From: an uncultured delta proteobacterium
GTDB lineage: Bacteria > Desulfobacterota > Binatia > Binatales > Binataceae
Reading direction: 5' to 3'
DNA: 64,000 nt
NCBI GenBank assembly: GCA_963801665.1
Contig: CAWDFL010000004.1
Location: 366,590 to 430,589, forward strand
The translations under genes were made by a program, and so were the position numbers. This document shows positions 1 through 9,855 of the stretch, in pieces (within the stretch, counting starts at the first letter, position 1; each line of letters begins with the position of its first letter). The notes under the pieces are model-generated. The model saw only the letters and a program-made list of their open reading frames with translations. It searched no databases and was not told the origin of the DNA.

Positions 1-436
1 CGCGCAGCAGATGGAACCGGCCCGCGCGGTCGCGCTCGATTCGCGCGTAATGTCCGGTGGCGACATATTCGGCGTCCAGGGCGCGCGCCCGCTCCCAGAG
101 CCGGTCAAACTTGATCTCGCGATTGCACATCACGCACGGATTCGGCGTGCGTCCGGCCAGGTATTCGCCGACAAAGTTATCGACCACGCGCGCGCCAAAC
201 TCGGCGCGCAGATCGATCACATAGAACGGAAAATCCATCCGCTCCGCCACCCGCCGCGCATCCTCGAAGTCCTCGTGGGAGCAGCAGGTCGCGCGCGTCC
301 GCGCCGGACGAACTTCCGGCTCGGGCGCAAGCCGCATCGCGACTCCGACCACGTCGTAGCCCTGCTCGTGCAAGAGCGCGGCGGCCACCGAGCTGTCGAC
401 TCCGCCGGACATCGCGACCAGAACCCGAACGCTCAT
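1..436 (-). CDS. mnmA: tRNA-specific 2-thiouridylase MnmA, 5' part (gene runs off the left edge)
   Basis: Minus-strand translation from the ATG at 436-434 reads MSVRVLVAMSGGVDSSVAAALL...RTPNPCVMCNREIKF (PP-loop SGGxDS and the MnmA Cys motif). ATGA overlap with the stop of the upstream desulfurase. Absent from the ORF track because there is no stop inside the window. Confidence 0.85.
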   Translation of the reverse strand, partial: MSVRVLVAMSGGVDSSVAAALLHEQGYDVVGVAMRLAPEPEVRPARTRATCCSHEDFEDARRVAERMDFPFYVIDLRAEFGARVVDNFVGEYLAGRTPNPCVMCNREIKFDRLWERARALDAEYVATGHYARIERDRAGRFHLLR

Positions 437-1605
437 CGCAGCGCCTCAATCGTGTCCGCAGCGATCGGCTCAGCCTGCGACACGCGGCGCCACACGCGCG
501 CGATAATCTCCGACGCCGCGGCGATCTCTTCGGCGGTCGTGCTCCATCCAAGACTGATGCGCAAAGAGCTGCGCGCCTCGGCTGCGCTGCGGCCCATCGC
601 GAGCAGCACGTGCGAGGGCTCGACCGCGCCGGCCGCGCACGCCGATCCCATCGAGACCTCGACCCCTTCGAGGTCGAGCGCGATCAACATGCTCTCGCCG
701 AGCACGCGCGGAAAAGTAAGATTGATCGTATTCGCAGCGCGCGTATCGCGCGGGCCATTCAGACGCAGTCCCGGAATCGCGTCAAACAGGCGCGAGAGCA
801 TCGACGCCGCGAGCGCCTCGATTCGCACGCGTTCAGATTCAATCGCGCCCTGACAGGCTTCTGCCGCGGCGCCAAACGCTACTGCGCCGATCAGGTTCGG
901 CGTTCCCGCGCGCATCGCGCCTTCCTGCGGTCCGCCGAGGATCGCAGGTGCGATCGCGCACCCGCGCCGAACATAAAGCGCACCCGCCCCTGCCGCGCCG
1001 CCAAGCTTGTGCGCGCTGAGCGTCATCAGATCGCATCCCAACTCGCGCGCATCCAGCGCGGTTCGGCCCGCAGCCTGCACCGCGTCGAGATGAAACATCG
1101 CACCGGCACGCGCGGCCGCGGCCGCAATCGGCCGAGCGTCGAGAATCGAACCCACTTCCGCATTAACGAACCCAAGCGTGACCAGCTTGGTCGAACCATC
1201 GAGCGCTTTGATAACCGCGTCAGGCAAAATCCGCCCGTCGCGATCCGGCGCGATTCGCACGACCTCGGCGCCGTAGCGTTCGAGCTCGGCGAGCGGCGCC
1301 AGAATCGACGAATGCTCAATCGCCGACGTGATCACGCGGCGGCGATCTCCCGCGAGCTTGATCGCGCCGGAAATCGCGAGGTTGTTCGATTCGGTTCCAC
1401 CGCTAGTGAAGACAATCTCGCGCGATTCAGCGCCGACGAGTCCGGCCACCTGCGCGCGAGCATCCTCGAGCGCGCGGCGCGCGCGCTGACCCGCGCGATG
1501 CACCGACGCGGGATTGCCGTCGGACCGCGCGAGCATCCGCAGCGCGGCCTGTCCAGCCTCGGGCCGAATCGGCGAGCCCGCGTTATGGTCCAGATAAATC
1601 GACAT
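433..1605 (-). CDS. cysteine desulfurase, class V aminotransferase (NifS/IscS type)
   Basis: 390 aa. Start MSIYLDHNAG, then FTSGGTESNN, SAHKLGG (PLP lysine) and GSACAAG (catalytic Cys loop). Translationally coupled to mnmA. Confidence 0.9.
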   Translation of the reverse strand: MSIYLDHNAGSPIRPEAGQAALRMLARSDGNPASVHRAGQRARRALEDARAQVAGLVGAESREIVFTSGGTESNNLAISGAIKLAGDRRRVITSAIEHSSILAPLAELERYGAEVVRIAPDRDGRILPDAVIKALDGSTKLVTLGFVNAEVGSILDARPIAAAAARAGAMFHLDAVQAAGRTALDARELGCDLMTLSAHKLGGAAGAGALYVRRGCAIAPAILGGPQEGAMRAGTPNLIGAVAFGAAAEACQGAIESERVRIEALAASMLSRLFDAIPGLRLNGPRDTRAANTINLTFPRVLGESMLIALDLEGVEVSMGSACAAGAVEPSHVLLAMGRSAAEARSSLRISLGWSTTAEEIAAASEIIARVWRRVSQAEPIAADTIEALR

Positions 1606-1658
1606 GATTAGTTTGATAGGGTCGCCGCGAAGTAATTAACTTTATATCACCGCGCGCG

Positions 1659-2888
1659 ATGGCAAAAGACGTTCGCGGTGGAGTCAGCCGGATGCCTCAA
1701 GCTGGAAGCGGACCTCATGTGATCGTGGTTGGAGCGGGCGTGGTCGGATGCAGCCTCGCGTTCCACCTTGCCCGGCTCGGCGCCGAGGTCACGGTCTTCG
1801 ACAAAGGCGCGGTCTGCGCGGGGATGTCCGCGCGATCGGGCGCGCTGGTGCGGATGCATTATACCTTCGCTCCCGAGGCGGACCTGGCGTGGAAGAGCCT
1901 CGCCTATTTCGAGAACTGGGCGGCGATGGTCGGCGGGCGATGCGGTTTCGTGCGCACCGGCTTTGCCGTAGTGGTCGCGCCCGAGAACGCGGACAAGCTG
2001 CGCGCGAACGTCGCGATGCTGAAATCACTCGGGGTCGAGACCGAACTCGTCGATCGCGATCAGTTGCGGAAGATCGAGCCTGCCGTCCGGGTCGACGACG
2101 TTGGTCTTGCTGCATACGAACCGCGCGGCGGCTACGCCGACCCCGTCGCGACGACCGAATCATTTGCGGCAGCGGCACAAAAACTCGGCGCGACGTTTCA
2201 GCTCAACACCGCGATTGCGGCGCTCTCGGTAAACGCAGGGCGCGTGGCCGGAGTGACTGACAGCAGCGGCAAGACTCACACCGCGGATTTCGTCTGCCTC
2301 GTCACCGGGCCGTGGACCGACACTTTGCTGGCTCCATTCGGGCTGAAGCTCGGGATTAAGCCCGAGCGTGCGCAGATCGCGTTCTTCCGCAAGCCGCCGA
2401 CTCTGCGCCACAGCGTGTTTATCGATACGATCGCCGGCAGCTATTTCCGCCCGCACGGCGACGACCTTACGATGGCGGGGCTGGGCGCGCTCTCTCCGGA
2501 CGCGCCGACCGATCCCGATTCTTTCAAAGAGGCCAATGACGCGGAATTTATCGAGGCCGTGCGCACGCGCCTAGCGGCCCGGATTCCGGCCCTGAAAGAT
2601 GCGCCATACGTGCGCGGCCACGCGGGAATCTACGACGTGAGTCCCGACGCGCGCGCCGCAATCGGATCGATCGCGGCGGTTCCGGGTCTCTACGTCGCGG
2701 CGGGATTCAGCGGCACCGGATTCAAAACGTCGCCCGCAGTGGGCGCCGCGCTCGCGGAGCTGATCATCGAGGGCAAGAGCAAGACCACCGACCTGGCTCC
2801 GTTTTCATTCGAGCGCCTCGCCTCGGGCAAGCTCATCCACGCGCCGAACGAGTACACTATGGGCGCGGGCTTCGGCCACACGCTGTAA
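1659..2888 (+). CDS. FAD-dependent oxidoreductase, DAO family (glycine/sarcosine oxidase-like)
   Basis: 409 aa with an N-terminal dinucleotide fold VIVVGAGVVGCSLAFHLARLG..VTVFDK. DAO-like along its length. The start may be a few codons downstream. Confidence 0.85.
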   Translation: MAKDVRGGVSRMPQAGSGPHVIVVGAGVVGCSLAFHLARLGAEVTVFDKGAVCAGMSARSGALVRMHYTFAPEADLAWKSLAYFENWAAMVGGRCGFVRTGFAVVVAPENADKLRANVAMLKSLGVETELVDRDQLRKIEPAVRVDDVGLAAYEPRGGYADPVATTESFAAAAQKLGATFQLNTAIAALSVNAGRVAGVTDSSGKTHTADFVCLVTGPWTDTLLAPFGLKLGIKPERAQIAFFRKPPTLRHSVFIDTIAGSYFRPHGDDLTMAGLGALSPDAPTDPDSFKEANDAEFIEAVRTRLAARIPALKDAPYVRGHAGIYDVSPDARAAIGSIAAVPGLYVAAGFSGTGFKTSPAVGAALAELIIEGKSKTTDLAPFSFERLASGKLIHAPNEYTMGAGFGHTL

Positions 2889-2898
2889 GCGGAAACGA

Positions 2899-3861
2899 TT
2901 ACGCAGCGGCGCGCAGGGATGGAGCCTCGGGACGCGAGGCCGCGCGCGTCAGTACCGACAGATAGCCCGGTTCGAGCTCCATCTTCGGACCGTAGCCCTT
3001 CGCGAGCATCAGCGCGTGCGCCTTCGGCAGGTTGTAGCACGGCACCGCCATCAGCAGGTGATGCTCGAGATGGTAATTCACGAAGTACGGCGCTATGAAG
3101 GCGCGCTCGATCCAGTTCGCGTGCGTGGTGCGCGTGTTGCGCATCGGATCGTCGTTGTCCGTCAGCATCGAATGCTCCGCGATACTGCGGACTCGCGTGA
3201 TGAATTGATTGAAGGTCATAAGCGGCACGACCCACAGCGTCAGGAAAAACCACGGATGACCCGCCATAGCGAGGATCGCGAAGAGAATCGCGTTGGTGAC
3301 GAAAAATCCGCCGAACCGCGTCAGTCCCTGCCCGAATTGCGATTTGATCGTCATCGCCGGATCGCTCTTGCGAAACGCGCGGCGCAGCGCGGCCGAGCGC
3401 TGCTTGTATGCGGTCTGCCCCGTCAGATCGCGAATCGTCTTGCGCCAGAAACTCGCGCGCGTGATCGGGAACGGCGCGCCGAGCGCGAGGTCCGGATCGT
3501 TCGGCTGCTGCGTGAACCGATGATGCAGCACATGATAGGTACGATACGCGAACATGTCGGACATCAGCGGATCACCGCAGAGCCACGCGCCCACCCAGTC
3601 GTTCAGGCGGTTGCTGGTGAACAGCAATCCGTGCGCCGCGTCATGCATCAGGATCGCGAGCCCCAACTGCCGCGCGCCAATGATCAACACCGCGGCGACG
3701 AAGGTGAGCGGGTTCGGCCATATCGCGAACATCGCCATCGCGGCGAAAATCACCGCCCACGCGTGGAACACGATCCATCCGCCGCGCAGATTGGATTTGC
3801 GCTTGAGCATCAGCAATTCGTCGGGAGAAAATACGCTGCTCGCTTTGAACATCATCGCCAT
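2899..3861 (-). CDS. membrane fatty-acid desaturase
   Basis: His boxes HDAAHG, HVLHHRF and EHHLLMAVP, plus several hydrophobic helices. I place the start at MAMMFKASS (ATG 3861). The 129 codons upstream in track ORF 2899..4248 are Arg/Pro-rich antisense of the neighbouring gene. Confidence 0.85.
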   Translation of the reverse strand: MAMMFKASSVFSPDELLMLKRKSNLRGGWIVFHAWAVIFAAMAMFAIWPNPLTFVAAVLIIGARQLGLAILMHDAAHGLLFTSNRLNDWVGAWLCGDPLMSDMFAYRTYHVLHHRFTQQPNDPDLALGAPFPITRASFWRKTIRDLTGQTAYKQRSAALRRAFRKSDPAMTIKSQFGQGLTRFGGFFVTNAILFAILAMAGHPWFFLTLWVVPLMTFNQFITRVRSIAEHSMLTDNDDPMRNTRTTHANWIERAFIAPYFVNYHLEHHLLMAVPCYNLPKAHALMLAKGYGPKMELEPGYLSVLTRAASRPEAPSLRAAA

Positions 3862-3882
3862 GAGAATAGAATGTAACAGAAT

Positions 3883-4713
3883 ATGGCGATGATTGCAAAT
3901 AGCGGTTACAAGCCCGAACGCGCTCTGACCGCGCGCGCGATCGTGCTCGATTTTCTTTCTAACCGCGCGCCCCGCGAGATTTCCGCACGGGCGGTTGTGG
4001 CGGCCGGCGCGGTTTTCGGGTTCTCGGCGCAAAATCTGCGGATGGCGCTGATGCGGCTGGTTGACCAGGGTGTCGCGGTCAACTCGGGCCGCGGCCGCTA
4101 CCGGCTGGGGACGCCGGGCGAGGCGATGCGCATCGAGGTCCGCAAGTGGAAACGCGTCGCCGATCTCGTCCGGCCGTGGCCTGGCGGATGGGTTGGCGTT
4201 TACGGCGCGGAGATCGCGCGCAGCGATCGCGCCGCGATTCGCCGGCACGAGCAGGCGCTGCGCCTGCGCGGGTTTCGCGAGTTCAGATCGGGTTTATGGA
4301 TTCGTCCGGCGAATCTGCGCGACTCGGTCGCCGAGCTGCGCGCGCATCTGGCCGCGCTCGGCCTTCATCGCGACGCGCTAGTAATTGGGTTGAGCGATCT
4401 TGACGAAGCTGCCGCGGCGCGCGCCTCCGGTTTGTGGGACACCGCCGCGCTCGAGCGCGCATACGGCGCATTGCGTAGCGCCCTCGACGCGAGCCAAGCG
4501 AGAGTCGCGCGACTGACGCTCGAAGCGGCAGCGGCGGAGACGCTCCTGCTCGGCCGCGAGGTTATCCGGCACATCAATCTTGATCCGCTGTTGCCCGAAG
4601 AGTTGATGCCGCAGCGGCCGCTGCATGAGTTGGTTCGCGCGATGATCGGTTACGACGAAATTGGCCGAGGGATCTGGCGGCGCTTCATGCGCGAAATCGA
4701 AAGCCGCGATTGA
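3883..4713 (+). CDS. PaaX-family transcriptional regulator
   Basis: 276 aa with an N-terminal winged-helix-like segment (LDFLSNRAPREISARAVV...LRMALMRLVDQG...GRGRYRLG) and a C-terminal PaaX-like region. Divergent from the desaturase gene. Confidence 0.65.
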   Translation: MAMIANSGYKPERALTARAIVLDFLSNRAPREISARAVVAAGAVFGFSAQNLRMALMRLVDQGVAVNSGRGRYRLGTPGEAMRIEVRKWKRVADLVRPWPGGWVGVYGAEIARSDRAAIRRHEQALRLRGFREFRSGLWIRPANLRDSVAELRAHLAALGLHRDALVIGLSDLDEAAAARASGLWDTAALERAYGALRSALDASQARVARLTLEAAAAETLLLGREVIRHINLDPLLPEELMPQRPLHELVRAMIGYDEIGRGIWRRFMREIESRD

Positions 4714-4719
4714 GATAGA

Positions 4720-5442
4720 TCAACGATCTTTGCCGCCGAGCGCGGCGCTGCGGTCGGGCGGATGATGCTCGCCGACCTTGTCCTCGAGGCAATCCTGCCG
4801 CTCCTCGACTTCCTCGATTCGCACGCCGATCCGGTTGAGCTTCTCGACCAGTCCGTTGATCGCGCGCGCGACCGGGTCGGGCAGCTTGCCGTGTTCGAGC
4901 TCGGCAACTTCGTGGCGCGCGCTGTCGCCTTCGATCACTTTGCCGGGGATTCCGACGATCGTCGAATACGGCGGCGCCGACGAGACCACTACCGCGCCCG
5001 CGCCGATCCGGCTGCCGCGCCCGATTCGCACCGGACCGATCACCGACGCGCCGGCGCTGATCATGACGTGATCCTCGATCGTCGGATGGCGCTTTTCCTT
5101 TTTCAGGCTGGTGCCGCCAAGCGTCACTCCCTGGTAGATCAGCACGTCTTCGCCAATCTCCGCGGTCTCTCCAACCACCACGCCCATCCCGTGATCGATA
5201 AACAGGCGCCGTCCTATTTTCGCGCCCGGATGAATTTCGATTCCCGTCATCCAGCGCGAGAACTCGCTCACCAGCCGCGCGAGCAACTTCAGGTGATGCT
5301 CCCACAGCCAGTGCGCGAGATGATGGAGCCAGATTGCATGGAGACCAGGGTAGGCAAGCACCACTTCGACCGTGGTGCGCGCCGCGGGGTCGCGCTCGAA
5401 CACGACCCGAATATCCTCGCGCATGCGGCCTATCATACCCAT
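4720..5442 (-). CDS. cysE: serine O-acetyltransferase
   Basis: 240 aa. Contains [30 protein letters not shown] and [41 protein letters not shown] (hexapeptide repeats). Confidence 0.9.
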   Translation of the reverse strand: MGMIGRMREDIRVVFERDPAARTTVEVVLAYPGLHAIWLHHLAHWLWEHHLKLLARLVSEFSRWMTGIEIHPGAKIGRRLFIDHGMGVVVGETAEIGEDVLIYQGVTLGGTSLKKEKRHPTIEDHVMISAGASVIGPVRIGRGSRIGAGAVVVSSAPPYSTIVGIPGKVIEGDSARHEVAELEHGKLPDPVARAINGLVEKLNRIGVRIEEVEERQDCLEDKVGEHHPPDRSAALGGKDR

Positions 5443-5472
5443 CGCGATTCTCCCCGGGCGCGGCGGCGCGCC

Positions 5473-7137
5473 CTAAGAGGTCTTGTCAGCGCCGTCACCC
5501 GCGCGTGCGGGCCGCGGCATCGCGCCGTTCGACTTCGCGTGCGCGCGGCTGCGCGGCTTCGCGTTATCCTTGTGCAGCTTGTACTCGACCGAGTCAACCA
5601 GAGCCTGCCAGCTCGCTTCGACCACGTTGTCCGACAGTCCGACGGTTCCCCATCGGCGCTTGCCGTCGGTCGATTCAATCAGCACGCGCACACGCGCCGC
5701 GGTGCCGCGGCCGTTGTCGAGCACCCGCACCTTGTAGTCCGCCAGATGCATCGTCGCCAGGTTCGGATAGTGCGGCACCAGCGCGCTGCGCAGCGCGGAA
5801 TCGAGCGCGTTCACCGGACCGTTGCCGATCGCGGCGTTGCGTGTGCGCACGCCGTCGGGACCCTCGATCACGACCACCGCCTCGCTGAATGGCGCCTGAT
5901 CCTCGTGCCACTTGTCGTCGAATACGCGGAAGCTCACGAACTCGAAGTGATCCTTCGCTCGCCCGAGCTTGCGCAGCATCAGGAGCTCGAACGACGCATC
6001 AGCGCCGTCGAATACGTAGCCCGCGCCTTCGAGCCTTTTAAGCTCGTCGAGCAGAGGCTCGATCTTGTCGTTGGAGGGATCGAGCTCGATTCCGAATTCC
6101 CGCGCCTTGTAGATCAGGTTCGCGCGGCCCGAGAGCTCCGAGAGCAGCACGCGCCGATCGTTGCCGACGCTCTCGGGCTCGATATGCTCGTAGGTGTGCG
6201 TGTTGCGCTGTATTCCCGACGCATGCAGTCCCGCCTTATGCGCAAACGCGCTGCGGCCGACGTAGGGCTGGCGCGCGAACGGCGAGATATTCGCGAGCTC
6301 GTACACCAGCATCGAAAGCTCGCGCAGATGCTTCAGCTTCGCTTGCGGAACGCAGTTGTAGCCGAGCTTCAATTGCAGGTTGGCGATAATCGAAACCAGG
6401 TTCGCATTGCCGCATCGCTCGCCGACGCCGTTAACGGTGCCCTGCACCTGCGACGCGCCCGCCTCGACGCCGGCGAGAGTGTTCGCGACCGCGACCTCGG
6501 AATCGTTATGGCAATGAATCGCGATCGGGCAGCTCACCGCGGCGCGCGCGGCTTTGATCGCGGCGTCGATTTCATGCGGCAGGCGGCCGCCGTTGGTGTC
6601 GCACAGGCAGATGATATCGACCTTGGCTTCGTCGACAGCTTTAAGGCACGCGATCGCGAAATCAGGATTCGAGAAGTAGCCGTCGAAGAAATGCTCCGCG
6701 TCGAAGATCGCTTCGTCCACGTGCTTTTTCAGAAACGCGATCGAATCGTTCAGGATTTCGAGGTTCTGCGCTTCCGAGATCCTGAGCGCCTCGCGCACGT
6801 GGAAATCCCAGGTCTTGCCGACGATCGTCGCGACCGGAGTCTCGGCGCGCAGCAGCAGTTGCAGGTTGCGATCCTGCGCCGCGCGCACTCCCGCGCGCCG
6901 CGTCGATCCGAACGCCGCGATCTTCGCGTGCTTCAGCTTGGCCTTCTTGATCTCACCGAAGAACGCCGCGTCGCGATCGTTCGAGCCCGGCCATCCGCCC
7001 TCGATATAGTCGAACCCCATGTCGTCTAGCCGCTGCGCGATCTGGACCTTGTCCGCGATCGTGAGCGAGACGTCCTCGGACTGGCAGCCGTCGCGCAAAG
7101 TGGTGTCGTAAACCTGGATATGTTTTGCAACCGCCAT
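5473..7137 (-). CDS. cimA: citramalate synthase (LeuA/CimA family)
   Basis: 554 aa. Has VYDTTLRDGCQSEDVSLT, an HMGL-like barrel and a LeuA-dimer C-terminus. The length and N-terminus fit the CimA type better than LeuA. Confidence 0.85.
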   Translation of the reverse strand: MAVAKHIQVYDTTLRDGCQSEDVSLTIADKVQIAQRLDDMGFDYIEGGWPGSNDRDAAFFGEIKKAKLKHAKIAAFGSTRRAGVRAAQDRNLQLLLRAETPVATIVGKTWDFHVREALRISEAQNLEILNDSIAFLKKHVDEAIFDAEHFFDGYFSNPDFAIACLKAVDEAKVDIICLCDTNGGRLPHEIDAAIKAARAAVSCPIAIHCHNDSEVAVANTLAGVEAGASQVQGTVNGVGERCGNANLVSIIANLQLKLGYNCVPQAKLKHLRELSMLVYELANISPFARQPYVGRSAFAHKAGLHASGIQRNTHTYEHIEPESVGNDRRVLLSELSGRANLIYKAREFGIELDPSNDKIEPLLDELKRLEGAGYVFDGADASFELLMLRKLGRAKDHFEFVSFRVFDDKWHEDQAPFSEAVVVIEGPDGVRTRNAAIGNGPVNALDSALRSALVPHYPNLATMHLADYKVRVLDNGRGTAARVRVLIESTDGKRRWGTVGLSDNVVEASWQALVDSVEYKLHKDNAKPRSRAHAKSNGAMPRPARAGDGADKTS

Positions 7138-7140
7138 CGG

Positions 7141-8382
7141 CTAAAGGGACTCCGCCTTGGCCGCGCTCGGGGCGCCGCCTACGAACGCGTCGTGCAGCGC
7201 GCGCATCGCCAGCTCTCCATACTTCGCATTCACCACGACTGAGACTTTGATCTCCGAGGTCGCAATCATCTCGATATTAATTCGCTCGGTCGCCAGCACC
7301 TCAAACATCCGCGCCGCGACTCCCGCATGCGTGCGCATCCCGACGCCGACGATAGAGACTTTCGCGACCTGCTCCTCGTGCCGCACGCCCGCCGCGCCGA
7401 TTTCGCCAGCGATCTTTTTCACCAGCTCGATCGCCCGGCGCAGATCGTCGCGCCCGACGGTAAACGTCATGTCGGTGCGGCCGTCCTCGCTCGCGTTCTG
7501 GATAATCATATCAACCACGATTCCCGCCGCCGCGATCGGGCCGAAAATCTTCGCCGCGAGTCCGGGCCGGTCGGCCACACCCGCGATCGTTATCTTGCTC
7601 TGGTTCTGGTCGAGCGTGACGCCGGAAACAAGCACGTCTTCCATCGATCGATCCTCTTGTCCCACCCAAGTTCCCTCACCTTCCGCAAAACTTGATAGCA
7701 CCACGATCGGAACATTGTAGCGGCGCGCCAGCTCGACCGAGCGTCCCTGCAGAACCTTTGCGCCGAGAGCGGCCATCTCCAGCATCTCGTCGTAAGAGAT
7801 GCGCTTGAGCTTCTTCGCGTTCTTGCAGATATTCGGATCGGCGGTGTAGACGCCGTCAACGTCGGTGTAGATTTCGCACGCGTCCGCTTTCAGAGCCGCC
7901 GCGAGCGCGACCGCGGTCAGGTCCGACGCTCCGCGCCCGAGCGTCGTGATATCGCCATTGGAATCGACGCCCTGGTAGCCCGCGACCACGATCACGTTGC
8001 CGCAGGCCAGCTCTTTTTCGACCCGATTGCACTCGATCGATTTGATCCGCGCGCGGCCATGATTCGAATCGGTCGCGATCTTCAACTGGTCGCCGAGAAA
8101 CGAAATCGCCGGCAGCCCCATCGCGCGCAGCCGAATCGCCAGCAGCGCCGCCGAGACCTGCTCGCCGGTCGCGACCAGCGCATCGGTCTCGCGTGGATCG
8201 GGCGTGTCGCTCAATTCCGACGCGAGCTTGAACAGCCGATTAGTCTCTCCCGCCATCGCGGACACTACTACGACCATGCCGTCGCCGGCCCGCCGTCCCC
8301 GCGCCACGCGTTCGGCCACAGCCTTGATTCGATCGACCGACCCGACCGAAGTTCCGCCATATTTCTGAACGATAAGAGCCAA
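7141..8382 (-). CDS. lysC: aspartate kinase
   Basis: 413 aa. TTG start MALIVQKYGGTSVG, and two C-terminal ACT domains (AKVSIVGVGMRTHAGVAARMFEVLA). Confidence 0.95.
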   Translation of the reverse strand: MALIVQKYGGTSVGSVDRIKAVAERVARGRRAGDGMVVVVSAMAGETNRLFKLASELSDTPDPRETDALVATGEQVSAALLAIRLRAMGLPAISFLGDQLKIATDSNHGRARIKSIECNRVEKELACGNVIVVAGYQGVDSNGDITTLGRGASDLTAVALAAALKADACEIYTDVDGVYTADPNICKNAKKLKRISYDEMLEMAALGAKVLQGRSVELARRYNVPIVVLSSFAEGEGTWVGQEDRSMEDVLVSGVTLDQNQSKITIAGVADRPGLAAKIFGPIAAAGIVVDMIIQNASEDGRTDMTFTVGRDDLRRAIELVKKIAGEIGAAGVRHEEQVAKVSIVGVGMRTHAGVAARMFEVLATERINIEMIATSEIKVSVVVNAKYGELAMRALHDAFVGGAPSAAKAESL

Positions 8383-8508
8383 GCGAAATGCGCCTTTACC
8401 CCCCGCTTTTCGGGGTGATCTAGCATTATGTGCGGAAACCCGCCCGCAAACCAGCCCCCGCTAGCGCCAGATAGTGGGTCAGTTTGAGATTTGCACCGTT
8501 CGCGATTT

Positions 8509-8630
8509 GTCATTCCCGCGCGCGTGGCTGCCGCGCGCGAGGAATCCCGGGGCGTCGGTTCTCGGAGCCGTGTGTAGCAGTGCCTCCCTCCTCCGGGATT
8601 CCTCGCGCGGCAGCCACACGCGGGAATGAC
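8509..8630. repeat. inverted doublet of a GC-rich hairpin repeat (REPIN-like)
   Basis: Left arm 8509-8550 is GTCATTCCCGCGCGCGTGGCTGCCGCGCGCGAGGAATCCCGG. Right arm 8593-8630 is its near-perfect reverse complement, with a 42-nt spacer. Each arm is itself a hairpin (ATTCCCGCGCG / CGCGCGAGGAAT). The same unit recurs at 58714-58749 and 59066-59105. Confidence 0.8.
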
Positions 8631-8700
8631 ATCTCGGCTGACCCGCCATCCGTTCACAGGCTTGCGCGCTCGGATGTCTTCCTGTTTACATTGCCCTGCG

Positions 8701-9033
8701 ATGCTTCCCGCCCGCACCTCGACGCGTAACCTGCTACTGGCTCTGATGCTGTGCGCGATCGGAGGATGCAGCACGTGGACCGGCGTGCGAGAGGATCCGT
8801 TGGGCCGCGAGCGGATCGTTTCTGCGTCTGGCTACAGCCTCGACGGATGCCAATCCGCGATGGACGAGCTGGCTCACGCCAAGGTCCAGATGGTGCAACA
8901 TACGACTCAGCTCGGCATCAACGTCCTCAGCTTCGGTTACGAGCCTTCTTATCTCTGCACCGGCATCGCGCCGGTGACGGGATCGCCTTCAGCTGCGCCC
9001 GACTCCTCATCCGAGGTTCCACCTAATCCATGA
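8701..9033 (+). CDS. hypothetical lipoprotein
   Basis: MLPARTSTRNLLLALMLCAIGGCS is a signal peptide with a lipobox Cys. Lower GC than the flanks. The start is uncertain; the track ORF begins at 8626, inside the repeat. Confidence 0.5.
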   Translation: MLPARTSTRNLLLALMLCAIGGCSTWTGVREDPLGRERIVSASGYSLDGCQSAMDELAHAKVQMVQHTTQLGINVLSFGYEPSYLCTGIAPVTGSPSAAPDSSSEVPPNP

Positions 9034-9563
9034 AGAAGCATCGGCGCAATCCATTTTCTCGTCTAGGACATTTGGTTTTTGTCGTGTGTATCGTGAGCGG
9101 CTGCTCGGTTTATATGGAGGCGACTCGCCCGACGCCAATCGATCTGACTACCTTCACACCCGGTCAAAGCCGCGCTTCGGTTTTTGACGATATAGGAGCA
9201 CCGGTGACCACGACGAAGAATGCGGCAGGAGAGAGCTGCGATCTCCATTTGCTCTACATAACTGGCTACGCAACTCCCGCCAAAGTGCCGATTGCAGTGG
9301 CCGAAGCGGCGGCCGATGTCTTCACTGCGGGACTTGCCGAGGTCTTGCTTTCGCCGGCCGAGTCGCTCACACGCAACGAAGAGAAACGCGTATGGTTCTG
9401 CTTCAAAAATGACTCGCTATTGAGCGTGACCGTCGAGAGTTTGCGTACGACAAAGCCGCACGATTTATCCCCGAACGCGACGACCGTCGAGTCATCCGCG
9501 AGCGGTTGGCCGATAGCCTCGACGACCGCCACTCCGATCGCATCGCCCAGTCCGATGCCTTGA
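9030..9563 (+). CDS. hypothetical lipoprotein
   Basis: MKKHRRNPFSRLGHLVFVVCIVSGCS (lipobox). ATGA overlap with the preceding lipoprotein gene. No family recognised. Confidence 0.55.
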   Translation: MKKHRRNPFSRLGHLVFVVCIVSGCSVYMEATRPTPIDLTTFTPGQSRASVFDDIGAPVTTTKNAAGESCDLHLLYITGYATPAKVPIAVAEAAADVFTAGLAEVLLSPAESLTRNEEKRVWFCFKNDSLLSVTVESLRTTKPHDLSPNATTVESSASGWPIASTTATPIASPSPMP

Positions 9564-9855
9564 GTCGATTTTTGGCGATCGAGCCACGCGCTATCAAGCG
9601 GTCGATCGTGTCGTCGTCTTTTTCCATCAGTCGCTCTCGGAAAGCGCCGTTTCAAAGATCCGGCGTATCTTCGGCGAAAACGGTGTTTCGCGATTTGCAA
9701 ATTTTACCAAACGAACCCACCGCGATTTTGGCCGGAAAATGCAGTTATTTCCTCGGAAATTCGCTGTTTTTGGCGCGGTTTTTCGAATATTGGAAAAACG
9801 AAGCCAACGATATCGAAGCCACCGCGTCTCGAACCTCGTCAGACGCGGCCCTCGC

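Noticed and set aside
4762-7029. 755-aa ORF on the plus strand
   Set aside because: It is antisense to cysE and cimA, which have clear family signatures. Its composition is Arg/Ala/His-rich and low-complexity, typical of the mirror frame in high-GC DNA.
8383-8508. Lysine riboswitch or other leader upstream of lysC
   Set aside because: The leader is only about 125 nt before the hairpin repeat begins. I could not find the conserved L-box helices or core motifs. Only one small hairpin (CCCCG-AAAAG-CGGGG) is present.
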